Positions 10,146 through 20,488 of a stretch of DNA of 64,000 bases are shown in pieces. Origin of the DNA: an uncultured delta proteobacterium (GTDB lineage Bacteria > Myxococcota_A > UBA9160 > UBA4427); NCBI GenBank assembly GCA_963822965.1, contig CAWGJT010000005.1, positions 1,216,001-1,280,000 of the forward strand, given 5' to 3'. The notes beneath the pieces were generated by a model, which was not told the origin of the DNA, made no database searches, and saw only the letters and a list, made by a program, of their open reading frames with translations. The stretch's first letter is position 1. Every line of letters begins with the position of its first letter. A program made the position numbers and the translations under genes.

Positions 10146-11105
10146 GTGAGCCGAGAGTTCCGCAACCCGCCGATGTCCACCAACAGCCCCGCAACGCGTC
10201 TGCGAAATTTCGTTGGCCACCGTGTCATCGCACCGGCGATCGAGGACGCACGTCATTCGATCCTGCGGATCCGCAATCGAAACCGGACCTATCGTCCCTT
10301 GTTCGTCACCGGCGCGATGGGGAGTGGGACCACGCTGCTTGCATTCCTGCTCGGTCAGCGCCTCGATGCAGCGGGGGTGGTTGCGGAGAGCGCACGCCAC
10401 ATCTCGCGCCGCTCGTTTCTGTACGTTCCGCGCACCGACGGGTTCGCATCGATTCCCGAATTCGAGACCGCGCTCCAGGCCGATCCGGACTGGTCCCCCG
10501 CGATCGTGAATCGCGATCTACAGCGGCTGTACCGATCCCGCGCCGTTCGAGACAGCCATGTCATCATCGACAAGGGCCCGAACACGAACCTGACACGTGC
10601 CTCGCTCCTCGAGCGGAGCTTCCCCGATTCACGATTCGTCATGATCTACCGCGACCCCGTCGCCAACATCGAGGGATTCCGTCGCAAGTGGCGACTGTTC
10701 GGGCGGAGCTCGCTCGACGAGGCCATCGGATTCTATCGCCACATCCACGAAGCGTTCCTGCGGGCCGCCGAAGACTTCGCCGAGTCCGTGCGCGTCGTGA
10801 ACTACCGCGATCTGGTGCAGCACGATGCGGAGATTCTCGAGTGGCTCGGGGACTGGGCGGGGCTCACGGTCGCAAGCGAGCCACTGGAACTGCCGAACCG
10901 TGGGAGTCGCCGGGGTCGGGGTGCGCGCAACATCGAGAACGGTCGGATCAAGGTCGTGTCCGGTGCGGATCGGGAGTCGTACGGCCGACTCACCGAGCCC
11001 GAGATCTCACGAATCCAGGACGAACTCAGTGACCTCATGGAGCGACTCGACGCAAGAGCATGGACGCCGGATGCGGCACCCGCTTCACCGCAACCGCTCG
11101 ACTAG
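10146..11105 (+). CDS. Sulfotransferase family protein
   Basis: PLFVTGAMGSGTTLL (5'-PSB loop), IIDKGP, FVMIYRDP (3'-PB), VNYRDLV. The start could also be the ATG about 27 nt downstream. Confidence 0.85.
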   Translation: MSREFRNPPMSTNSPATRLRNFVGHRVIAPAIEDARHSILRIRNRNRTYRPLFVTGAMGSGTTLLAFLLGQRLDAAGVVAESARHISRRSFLYVPRTDGFASIPEFETALQADPDWSPAIVNRDLQRLYRSRAVRDSHVIIDKGPNTNLTRASLLERSFPDSRFVMIYRDPVANIEGFRRKWRLFGRSSLDEAIGFYRHIHEAFLRAAEDFAESVRVVNYRDLVQHDAEILEWLGDWAGLTVASEPLELPNRGSRRGRGARNIENGRIKVVSGADRESYGRLTEPEISRIQDELSDLMERLDARAWTPDAAPASPQPLD

Positions 11106-11615
11106 CCGGTGAGCCCCGACGATCCGGCTTCTCCACTCTTCGCGTGATCCTCTGCGTATCGGCGCTGGAGACCATCGAGCCACGTCAGGATCTTCTGCAC
11201 GCGCGCACTCAGCGTGGACGCCGTTCCACGAGCGTGCGCGGCGGCGGCCATCCGCGCGCGCAACTCGGTGCCGTCCACGAGCAGGGCGATCTTCTCGGCC
11301 ATCGAATCGACGTTGCCGGGATCGACGAGGAGTACGCAGGATGCGTCGATCGTCTCCTCGAGCGAAGGGATGCGGGAAGAAATCAACGGCAGGCCGCACG
11401 CCAGCGCCTCGAGAGCCGCGTTGGGTGAACCCTCGGCCCGTGTCGGCAGGACGAACGGATCGGCGGCCGAGAGCCACACCGGGACGTCGGCATGCGGAAC
11501 CCTGCCGGCAAACAGGATCTGTGGACCGGTCGGCACCTGCGGCCCCTCGCCCAGGAAGACGCCACCGACTTCCGGGTTCCGCTTCAACGCCTCGAGGACT
11601 CGAAGCGGCTCCTTA
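11102..11615 (-). pseudogene. C-terminal domain of a GT4 glycosyltransferase; N-terminal half missing
   Basis: FAGRVPHADV...FVLPTRAEGSPNAALEALACGLP. Only about 170 aa of GT-like sequence, and the upstream frame is unrelated. Confidence 0.75.
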
Positions 11616-11714
11616 AGGAAATGGGAATAGATGATCGTCGAGCATAAGCATCCTAAGGGGATGGCGTCTGCGGGCAGCGACGTAAGTCCCCGAGACCAGA
11701 TGGGTTGGTGCCTC

Positions 11715-12176
11715 CCCGAGCCGGTCCTGCAGGCGCTCGGCAACTGGGGCATGCGCTGGGCCCGGGCGCACATGTCCGAGGGTGACTACGACGCGGGAAT
11801 GTTGATGCTGAATCTGCAGCGCAGCATCCGCGCCGAGAAGCTGCCCGGCGACGAGACGACCCTGCGCTTCCACTTCGACGATCTCGCCGAGCAGGCCGAC
11901 TGGTGGATCCTGGTCGTCGGCGACCAGGTCGACGTCTGCACCACCAACTCCCAGAAGGACGTCGACGTCCACTTCCGGACGACGGTGCGCAAGATGACCG
12001 AGGTCTGGATGGGCGACACGACCTACCGCAGCGCGATTCGATCCGGCGACCTCGAGATGGTCGGTCCGCGTGGTCTCACGCGAGACGTGGCGGTGTGGCT
12101 CGAGCCCTGCCCCTTCCACGCCGACGCCCCGGAGCCCCCGGCCAACGAGATCCTGCCGCCCGTACGCGGGCGGTGA
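11715..12176 (+). pseudogene. C-terminal part of an HxlR-type winged-helix regulator with SCP2-like domain; DNA-binding N-terminus missing
   Basis: PVLQALGNWGMRW matches the end of an HxlR wHTH. It is followed by RFHFDD...WWILV...VDVC...DVDV...VWMG...GDLEMVGP, typical of HxlR-SCP2 proteins. Confidence 0.7.
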
Positions 12177-12242
12177 CGTCGAGGCGGAGCTGTTGGAGGC
12201 ACCCTCGTGTATCCTGAGCGGCCACGTCCAGAGGAGACGACC

Positions 12243-13130
12243 ATGCCCCTCGAGCACCATCCCGACCACGTCCCCGTCCCCGAGCGCGACCTCCACTACG
12301 AGTGCTTCGAGCTGTCGACGCTCACACCGCACATCGGCGCCGAGATCCGCGGGCTCGACCTGTCGGCGCCGCTCAGCGACGAGCAGGAGAAGGAGATCCG
12401 ACGCGCCTTCCACGACTGGATGGTGCTCGTATTCCCGGACCAGCACCTGACCCCGGCACAGCACAAGGCCTTCGGCGCGCGCTTCGGAGAGCTGCACGTC
12501 CACCCGCAGCTGCGCGGCTCCAAGATGGAGCACCCCGAGGTTCTCCCCGTCGTCACCAACGAGCACTCGAAGTTCACCCCCGGCGACGGCTGGCACTCCG
12601 ACGTGACCTGTGACGAGATTCCTCCGCTCGGTTCGATGCTGTACATCCGCGAGACACCCGAGTGCGGAGGCGGCGACACGCTCTACGCCGACATGTACAT
12701 GGCCTACGAGCTGCTCTCCGACCCCATGAAGCAGTTCCTCGAGGGACTCACCGCGATCCACGACGGCGCAGGCCCGTACTCCGAGCAGCTGGCCCTCGGC
12801 ATCGGAAAGCCGGGCGCCGAGTACCCGAAGGCCGAGCATCCCATCGTCGTCCGGCACCCGGAGACCGGCCGGAAGCTCCTCTACGTCAACAGCGGCTTCA
12901 CGACCCGCATCGTCGGGCTCGCGGCGCCGGAGAGCCGTGCCATCCTCGAGATGCTCTTCCGTCACATCGAGGCAAACCCGAAGCTCTGCTGCCGGGTCTC
13001 GTGGCAGCCGAACACGCTCACCTTCTGGGACAACCGCTGCACCCAGCACCACGCGATCTGGGACTACTACCCGCAACGCCGGGTGGGCGGCCGCGTTTCG
13101 ATCCTGGGCAACGCCCGGCCGGTCACCTAG
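12243..13130 (+). CDS. TauD/TfdA-family Fe(II)/2-oxoglutarate dioxygenase
   Basis: IGAEIRGLDL, WHSD (HxD), GGDTLYAD, HPIVVRHPETG and WDNRCTQH motifs. GAGGAG RBS. Confidence 0.95.
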   Translation: MPLEHHPDHVPVPERDLHYECFELSTLTPHIGAEIRGLDLSAPLSDEQEKEIRRAFHDWMVLVFPDQHLTPAQHKAFGARFGELHVHPQLRGSKMEHPEVLPVVTNEHSKFTPGDGWHSDVTCDEIPPLGSMLYIRETPECGGGDTLYADMYMAYELLSDPMKQFLEGLTAIHDGAGPYSEQLALGIGKPGAEYPKAEHPIVVRHPETGRKLLYVNSGFTTRIVGLAAPESRAILEMLFRHIEANPKLCCRVSWQPNTLTFWDNRCTQHHAIWDYYPQRRVGGRVSILGNARPVT

Positions 13131-13208
13131 GCGCCTGAGACATCCGGCAGCCCGCAGACCCGGTCGCTACGATCTTCACGACTGTCTTCATCGCCTTCGA
13201 GCAAGCCC

Positions 13209-14600
13209 GTGCCTCGTGACATCGACCGCCTCCTCGAGCTGCTGCCCCGCTACGACCAGGCGGGGCCGCGCTACACGAGCTACCCGACCGCGCCGGCGTG
13301 GCGGGACGACTTCGGCCCGAACGACGCTCGCCGCCTGCTCGCGCGGGTCGGCGAGCGCAGCGACGAGCCGCTTTCCCTCTACGTGCACGTTCCCTTCTGC
13401 TCGAGCCTCTGCCACTTCTGCGCCTGCAACCGCATCATCACCCGTAAGCCCGAGCTCCCGGCGCGCTACCTGGACGTCCTGGAGCGCGAGCTCGACGCGG
13501 TCGCTCGGGCCATCGGGCCCCGGCGCGTGCTCGGGCAGGTCCACCTGGGCGGCGGGACGCCGACACACCTCGACGCCGACCAGCTGCAGCGGCTCTTCCG
13601 GTCCATCCGCTTCCGCTTCGACGTGGAAGAAGGCGCCGAGCTCTCGATCGAGGTCGACCCGCGCGTCACCGGTCCCGCCCACGCCGAGGCCATGGCCGAG
13701 ATCGGAATCACCCGGCTCTCCATGGGCGTTCAAGACTTCGACCCGCAGGTCCAGGAGGCGATCCACCGCGTGCAGTCCGTCGCGCAGGTGGAGGAGCTGG
13801 TGCGCTGGGCGCGCGGCGCCGGGCTCGACGGTGTGAACTTCGACCTCATCTACGGGCTCCCCTTCCAGACCGAAGAGTCCTTCGCGCGCACCCTCGACGA
13901 AGTGGAGAGACTGCTTCCCGACCGCATCGCCCTCTACTCCTACGCGCACGTGACCTGGGTGGCCAAGCAGCAGCGCGGCTTCGAGCGCGGCGACCTGCCG
14001 AGCGCGGACCGTAAGCTCCGCATCCTGCTGCTCGCGATCCGCCGCCTCGAGGAGGCCGGATACGCGTACATCGGGTTGGACCACTTCGTCCGCGAGGAGG
14101 ACGAGCTCGCGGAGGCCGCGCGCGCGGGCACGCTGCACCGCAACTTCATGGGCTACACGACCCGGCCGTGCCGCGACCTGGTGGCGTGCGGGCCCAGCGG
14201 GATCAGCGAGCTCGAAGGCGCCTACCTGCAGTCCACACGCGAGCTCGGCGATTGGGATGAGCGCGTGCAGCGCGACGGGCTCGCGACCTTCCGGGGACAC
14301 GAGCTCTCGGACGATGACCGGGAACGAGCGTGGATCATCAAGAGCATCATGTGCCGGATGGGCGTCTCCGCCGACGAGTACCGAGAACGCTTTCACGAGG
14401 ACTTCGCGACCCGACACGCCCATGAGCTCGAGCTGCTCCGTCCGCTCGCGGCCGACGGCCTGGTGGAGGTGGGCGACGACGGAGGCCTGACGGTCACCGC
14501 CGACGGCCAGCTGCTGCTGCGCAACATCGCGATGGCCTTCGACGCCTACCTCCCGGAGCAGCGGCGCAGCGGCGGGCGCATCTTCAGCCAGACGATCTGA
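13209..14600 (+). CDS. hemN: Oxygen-independent coproporphyrinogen III oxidase (radical SAM)
   Basis: GPRYTSYPTA, YVHVPFCSSLCHFCAC, GGGTP, LHRNFMGY and FSQTI C-terminus. Confidence 0.95.
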   Translation: MPRDIDRLLELLPRYDQAGPRYTSYPTAPAWRDDFGPNDARRLLARVGERSDEPLSLYVHVPFCSSLCHFCACNRIITRKPELPARYLDVLERELDAVARAIGPRRVLGQVHLGGGTPTHLDADQLQRLFRSIRFRFDVEEGAELSIEVDPRVTGPAHAEAMAEIGITRLSMGVQDFDPQVQEAIHRVQSVAQVEELVRWARGAGLDGVNFDLIYGLPFQTEESFARTLDEVERLLPDRIALYSYAHVTWVAKQQRGFERGDLPSADRKLRILLLAIRRLEEAGYAYIGLDHFVREEDELAEAARAGTLHRNFMGYTTRPCRDLVACGPSGISELEGAYLQSTRELGDWDERVQRDGLATFRGHELSDDDRERAWIIKSIMCRMGVSADEYRERFHEDFATRHAHELELLRPLAADGLVEVGDDGGLTVTADGQLLLRNIAMAFDAYLPEQRRSGGRIFSQTI

Positions 14601-14657
14601 GGGGCACTCGTTGGCGGGGGTGAGCTCGAAAGCCGCCTCATCGAACCCGCCCTCGCC

Positions 14658-15419
14658 CTACCTGGGGGCGAAGCGCTGACCGCCGTCGAGCCGGATCGTT
14701 CCGCCGTTCAGCATGGGCGTCTCGTAGATCGCCTGGGCCAGACGGGCGAATTCCTCTGGCTTCCCCATGCGCTTCGGGAAGGCAGCGTCCTTGGTGAGCG
14801 GTGCGGCCATCTCCTCGGGAACCCCGGCCGTGAGACCCGTCGCGAACAGGCTCGGGGCGATCGCCATCACGCGGATCCCGAGGCTGCCGAGGTCACGAGC
14901 CATGGTGAGGCTCATCCCGGCGATGCCCGCCTTGGCTGCCGTATACGCAACCTGGCCGATCTGGCCTTCGAACGCGGCGATGGATGCCGTATTGAGGATG
15001 ACGCCCCGCTCGCCGTTCTCGTCGGGCTCGTTTGCGCTCATCTTCGCTGCAGACAATCGCGCGATGTTGAAGGTCGACACCAGGTTCAGGTCGATGACTC
15101 GCCGGAACGCGTCGAGGGGATGCGGGCCCTTCTTGCTCAAGGTACGCATGGCGATCCCACCCCCCGCGGTGTTGCAGAGGAAGTGGAGCGCGCCCAACTC
15201 GTCGCACGCAGCCGCGATCGCCGCCTCGGTGCCATCGAAGTCGGTGACGTCGCAGGCGTGGAAGCTGCCTCCCAGCTCTCTCGCGACTTCTGCGCCCTTC
15301 GAGGTCGGGAGATCGAGAATCGAGACCCGTGCCCCTTCGCGGACGAGCATCTCGGCCGTGGCCTTCGCCATGCCCGAGGCCCCGCCTACGACCAGGGCAG
15401 CCTTTCCAGAAATCCTCAT
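14658..15419 (-). CDS. SDR, HSD10/3-hydroxyacyl-CoA dehydrogenase-like
   Basis: GGASGMA, TASIAAFEGQIGQVAYTAAK and AFPKRMGKPEEF motifs. Confidence 0.92.
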   Translation of the reverse strand: MRISGKAALVVGGASGMAKATAEMLVREGARVSILDLPTSKGAEVARELGGSFHACDVTDFDGTEAAIAAACDELGALHFLCNTAGGGIAMRTLSKKGPHPLDAFRRVIDLNLVSTFNIARLSAAKMSANEPDENGERGVILNTASIAAFEGQIGQVAYTAAKAGIAGMSLTMARDLGSLGIRVMAIAPSLFATGLTAGVPEEMAAPLTKDAAFPKRMGKPEEFARLAQAIYETPMLNGGTIRLDGGQRFAPR

Positions 15420-15535
15420 CGTCTTCCTGTCCTCCTCGTTGGCCCGTTCGATCTTCCGGCCGCGCAGCGTCGCGCGGGCCATTGCCCGCCTTCTTCGATT
15501 CGGCTCGAGTGCACGGCACGCGAGCCGACGGCCGG

Positions 15536-16796
15536 CTACGAGCGACTCCGGAAACGGAGCGGCAAGGCGTTCAGGCCGCGGATGATGAAGGTCTCGGCGT
15601 AGCGAGAGCGCACTCGGGTCCACGAGCTGGAAGTCGTCGAGCCGCGCCAGCAGACGCTCGAAGCTGACGCGCACCTCGGCTGCGAGCAAGGCTCGCGCCG
15701 GGGCAGAAGTGCTCGCCATGGCCGAAGGCGATGTTGCGCCGCGCATTGCGACGCTTGGGATCGAAGCGGTCGGGGTCGTCGAAGACGCGCGGGTCGCGGT
15801 TCGCCGCGCCGACCGAGCCCATCACGATGGTCCCGGCCGGGATCTCCACGCCGCCGATCTTCGCGTCCGCGAGGGCAAGGCGGAAGGTGCTCTTGATCGG
15901 TCCCTCGAGCCGGAGGCATTCCTCGACGAAGTTCGGGATGCCGCTCGGATCGGCGCGCAGCTCGTCGGCGAGGGCGGGCTGCTCGGCGAGCACGCGCATC
16001 CCGGCGGCGAGCAGGCGGGCCGTCGTCTCCTGGCCGGCGGCGAAGAAGATGGTGGCGAGCCGCACCACGTCCGCCACCTCGGGAAGCGCTCCGTCGGGGT
16101 ACCGGACGTGCGCGAGCCGGCTCATGACATCCTCACTCGGCGCCGCGCGACGCTCCTCGATGTAGCGGGTGAAGTAGGGAGCCAGCGTTCGCGAAGATCT
16201 GGTCGCCCCCGTGCTCGCCGTCGGGGTTGCCGACGTTGCCCTGCGGCCCCCCCAGCCAGCGCGCGGAACTGCGGGTGGTCCTCGCGCGGGACGCCGAGCA
16301 GGTCGGCGATCACGAGCAGCGTGAAGGGCCGGGCGTAGGCCGCGTTGAACTCCACCTCGCCGCGGCTGGCGATCTCGTCGATCAGCTCGTCGGCAAGACT
16401 CTTCATGAACGCCTCGTTCTCCTCGCAGCCGATTCGGCGTGAAGAGCCTCCCCGACAGCGCGCGCTGCCGCGTGTGCCGGGGAGGGTCGAGGGAGGGAAG
16501 CATGTCGCCCATCGGGAATCTCGGCACGACGACGCTCGATGAGCTGCGGCCCAGCTCTCTCCCTCCGTCGGGCTCGGGAAGCGGCGACCAGCGGACCGAG
16601 GGTCGCGACGATCGCCGAGAAGCGTTCGTTGTCGGCGTAGACCTGGAGGACCTCCTCGATGCCGGAGAGGACGACGACGCCCCGGCTGCGGCTCGCGCCA
16701 GACCGGGCCACGCTCGCGCAGCGCGACGTACCAGGGTGTCGGGTCCTGGAGCAGCTCGGGGTCGGTGAAGAAGTCCCTGTCGAGGACGTCCATCAC
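15536..16796 (-). CDS. Cytochrome P450 (CYP150-like) broken by multiple frameshifts
   Basis: Pieces lie in three frames: [12 protein letters not shown]..., [19 protein letters not shown] (I-helix), EECLR (ExxR), [10 protein letters not shown] (heme Cys), [10 protein letters not shown]. Confidence 0.85.
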
Positions 16797-18140
16797 GCGC
16801 CTCCCCCTTGCGAGCTGTCGAACGGGGTCGAGAGCGCGAAGGCCATCTGCTTCACGACGTCGCCGATCGTGCAGTAGCCCTGGCCTCGTAGTCCGACGGC
16901 TTCTTGCCGCCGCCGCCGACCTTGAGCGAGAGGTCGACGTGCTTCGCCTGGGCGCGCAGCGCAGCCACGGTGCACTGCTCCTTCGGGATGTGCTCGAAGG
17001 GGTCGTACTGGAAGTGCCGGGTCGTGTTCTCCCAGGTCATCTTGTGGATCTCGTCGTCGGGCACGCCCTCGAGGGACTTCCACAGGATCTCGGGCGAACG
17101 CGGCCAGGTCGAGTCCGAGTGCGGGTAGTCGCACTCCCAGGTGATGTTGTCGATGCCGATCAGGTCGCGGTTGCGCACGCCAGCCGCGTCGTCGATGAAG
17201 CACGTCACGATGTGCTCACGGAAGACGTCGCTCGGCTTCTTGCCGTTCGGAAAGTCGTGCAGAGTCCAGCGATGGTGGTGGTGGTGGACGTAGTCGATGC
17301 GCTCGAGGAAGTACGGGATCCAGCCGATGCCGCCCTCGCACAGCGCGATCTTCAGACCCGGGAACTTCTGCAGGGCCTGCGAGAAGACCAGCTCGGTGGC
17401 GCAGTTGAACAGCGTGATCGGGGTACCCGCGATCATGATCTCGATCGGTGCGCCCATGTCCTGCATGGCCAGGCGCGTGCCCGAGCCGATGTGGATGCAG
17501 ACGATCGTGCCCTCCTCGGAGCAGGCCTTCCAGAAGGGATCCCAGTGCGGGTCGTGCAGGCTCGGGTAGCCGAGCGCGCCCGGGTTGTCGGCGAAGGTGA
17601 TGGCGTGGCAGCCCTTCGGCGGCGACGCGCTTCACCTCGCGGCCCATCTCCTCCGGGTCCCACATGGGCGGGATCGCCAGGGGGATGAAGCGACCGGGGT
17701 GCTTGCCGCACCACTCGTCGATGTGCCAGTCGTTGTAGGCGCGCAGCATGGTGATGGCGAGCTCGGTCTCGCCCTCGACGGCCTTGCGGCCGAACAGCTC
17801 GCCGACGAAGCCCGGCACGGTCGGAAAGCAGAGCGACCCCAGCACGCCGTTGGCGTTCATGTCCTCGACGCGCGCGTCGACGTCGTAGCAGCCGGGCCGC
17901 AGCTGCGAGAGCGCCGTCGGCTCCATGCCGTACTCCTCGGGCGGCCGTCCCGCGACGGCGTTCAGCCCCACGTTCGGGATCTGCCCGCCCTCGAACACCC
18001 AGAGGTTGCTGCCGTCGTCCTTGGTGACGAGCTTCGGCGCGCGATCCTTCCACTTCGCGGGCACGTGGTTGTCCCACATGTCGGCCGGCTCGCAGACGTG
18101 ATCATCCACGCTCACCAGGATCATGTCGTTCCATTCGCAT
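16793..18140 (-). CDS. Amidohydrolase-family protein (Amidohydro_2) with several frameshifts
   Basis: [37 protein letters not shown] and [13 protein letters not shown] motifs split over frames (shifts near 18137, 17620 and 16885). Confidence 0.88.
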
Positions 18141-18156
18141 GGCCGTTCTCCTCCGT

Positions 18157-19362
18157 TCAGCGGCGCGGCAGACCGAGCACCCGCTGGGCGATGATGTTGC
18201 GCTGGATCTCCGAGGTCCCCGCCGCGATCGTCGCGCGGAAGGTCTGGAGGTATCGCGTCATCCAGGGCAGTTGTCCGAAGCTCTCGTCGTAGATTGCATC
18301 CCCGTGGCCGACGTCGAGGGCACGGGCGCCCTGCGCTTCCACGGCGAGATGGGCGCAGCGCTGGGCGATCTCCGAGCTGAAGAGCTTGAGCACGGAGTGC
18401 TCCGGCGAGGTCTCTCCCCGCGCGAACTTCGCGAAGCCCCGGTATCCCATGAACCACATCGCCTGGGCGTCGATGTAGATGCTGGCGAGCTCGTCGCGAA
18501 AGGCTTCGCTCTCGCCGGTGCGGCGACCATCGGGACCGACCTGCCTCGCCAGCTCGCGAATTGCATCGATCTGGTGGTCCAGGGTCGCGGCGCCGGAGAG
18601 CCACATCATGCCGCGCTCGTGTGCGAGCGAGCCCGTCGAGATCGCCCAACCCTGGTTCAGCTCGCCGACCAGGTGGTCGCGGGGCACCACGACCTCGTCG
18701 AAGAACACCTCGTTGAAGTCCACGTGATCGCGATCGTTCATCTCCGGCAGCGGACGGACCGTGATGCCCGGGGCCTTCATGTCGACGATCACGACGCTGA
18801 TCCCCTTGTGCTTGGGAGCGTCAGGGTCCGTCCGCACGAAGCAGAAGCAGTAGTCGGAATGGTGTGCGCCCGAGGTCCAGATCTTCTGACCGCTCACCAC
18901 GAAGTGGTCGTCGCGGACTTCGGCTCGAGTGGCGAGCGATGCGAAATCGCTGCCGGCTCCGGGCTCGCTCATCCCCAGGCACCAGGCGATCTCCGCGCGT
19001 AGGGTCGGAAGCAGGTACTTGTCCTTGAGGAAGTCGCTCCCGTAGTCGTGCAGCGATGGTGCGATGATGCTCAGTCCCTGTGGGTTGGCCGTTCGGTTGA
19101 CGCGCAGCTTCGCCATCTCCTCGAAGTAGACGAGCTGCTGTACCGGGCTGAGCTCCCGTCCGCCCAGCGCGGGCGGCCAGCCGGGAACGAGCAGACCGGC
19201 GTCGAAGAGCCGTCGCTGCCAGCGGCGCGCCCAGCCCGTGAGGTGCGCGGAGCTCGTCTGCGGCTCCTCGCGCATCTCCTCGAGGGTCGGCTCGTTGGCC
19301 TCGAGCCATGCGCGCAGCTCGCTCCGGAAGGCCTCGGTCTCGGCGTCGTAGTGGAGCCTCAC
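18157..19362 (-). CDS. Acyl-CoA dehydrogenase
   Basis: WCLGMSEPGAGSD, GQKIWTS, FNEVFFD and TIAAGTSEIQRNII motifs. Confidence 0.95.
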   Translation of the reverse strand: MRLHYDAETEAFRSELRAWLEANEPTLEEMREEPQTSSAHLTGWARRWQRRLFDAGLLVPGWPPALGGRELSPVQQLVYFEEMAKLRVNRTANPQGLSIIAPSLHDYGSDFLKDKYLLPTLRAEIAWCLGMSEPGAGSDFASLATRAEVRDDHFVVSGQKIWTSGAHHSDYCFCFVRTDPDAPKHKGISVVIVDMKAPGITVRPLPEMNDRDHVDFNEVFFDEVVVPRDHLVGELNQGWAISTGSLAHERGMMWLSGAATLDHQIDAIRELARQVGPDGRRTGESEAFRDELASIYIDAQAMWFMGYRGFAKFARGETSPEHSVLKLFSSEIAQRCAHLAVEAQGARALDVGHGDAIYDESFGQLPWMTRYLQTFRATIAAGTSEIQRNIIAQRVLGLPRR

Positions 19363-19363
19363 G

Positions 19364-20482
19364 CTAGACCTCGAGCAGGTCGGCGATGCGCCGACGGTGC
19401 GCGCGACCCGTCCCGAAGAGCGCCTCGAGCGTCTTCGCGCGCTTCACGAAGAGCTGCACGTCGCTCTCCCACGTGTATCCCATGCCGCCGTGGAGCTGGA
19501 TTCCGTCCTGACAGACGAGATGCTGGCAATCGCTCGCCGCCGCCTTCGCCATGGAGGCGGCCAGCGTGCGGCGCGGGTCGTCCTCGGCCACGGCCATCAT
19601 CGCGAACCAGGCGGTGGCGCGCGCCTTCTCGACCTGCACGAACATGTCCGCGCACTTGTGCTGGATGGCCTGGAACGCGCCGATCGGCTGGTCGAACTGC
19701 CGTCGGCTCCGGACGTGCTCGATCGTCGTATCGAGCAGCGTCTGGCAGGCTCCCACACACTCGAGGGCCGCGGCAACGGTGGCGCGCTCGAGCGCGCGGC
19801 CGAGAGCCCCGGCCGACCTTCCAGGCGTACCGAGCACGCGGGCGGCGTCGATGCGCACGCCGTCGAAGCGAAGCTGAGCAAGCGGGCGGCTCGCGTCGAG
19901 GCCGATCACGCGCCGTGCCTGACCCGCGCCCTGGGGAACGACGAAGAGCCCGACACCGTCGCCCTGCTCGACTCGCGCAGCCACGGCGATCTCGTCGGCG
20001 ACGTCGCCGTCGAGCACGAAGTCGCACTCGCCTTCCAGGATCCAGGCATCGCCTTCCGGGCGCGCACGCAGCGCATCTCCCACTTCGTGCCGGGCGGCAC
20101 GACCGTGGTCGATGCCGAGCGCGCCGCACAGCTCGCCGGCGCCCGCCGGCCGCGCGAAGCGTTCGAGGGCGTCGGGCGCCCCGGCCTCGCATACGAGCGG
20201 CAGGAACTGGGTCACGGTCGCGAGGAACGGGCCCGGTGCGAGGTGACGCCCGTGCTGCTCGACCACCAGGCCCAGGGCCGTGAAGCCGAGCTCGACGCCG
20301 CCCAGGGCCTCGGGCAGGTCGATCGCCGTCCAGCCGAGCTCGTGCGCGCTCTTCCAGGGCTGCTCGGGGGCGCTGCCGTTCTCGACCACGTCGCGCGCCA
20401 GCGCGGGGGGGCACTCGGCGGCGAGCACGGTCGAAACCGACTCGACGAGCTCCTGCTCCTCCGGCGCGACCTCGAAGTCCAT
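19364..20482 (-). CDS. Acyl-CoA dehydrogenase, degenerate partner subunit
   Basis: RRQFDQPIGAFQAIQH and QLHGGMGYTWE are present, but the SEPxAGSD motif is missing. Adjacent to the canonical ACAD. Confidence 0.92.
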   Translation of the reverse strand: MDFEVAPEEQELVESVSTVLAAECPPALARDVVENGSAPEQPWKSAHELGWTAIDLPEALGGVELGFTALGLVVEQHGRHLAPGPFLATVTQFLPLVCEAGAPDALERFARPAGAGELCGALGIDHGRAARHEVGDALRARPEGDAWILEGECDFVLDGDVADEIAVAARVEQGDGVGLFVVPQGAGQARRVIGLDASRPLAQLRFDGVRIDAARVLGTPGRSAGALGRALERATVAAALECVGACQTLLDTTIEHVRSRRQFDQPIGAFQAIQHKCADMFVQVEKARATAWFAMMAVAEDDPRRTLAASMAKAAASDCQHLVCQDGIQLHGGMGYTWESDVQLFVKRAKTLEALFGTGRAHRRRIADLLEV

Positions 20483-20488
20483 CGGCCC

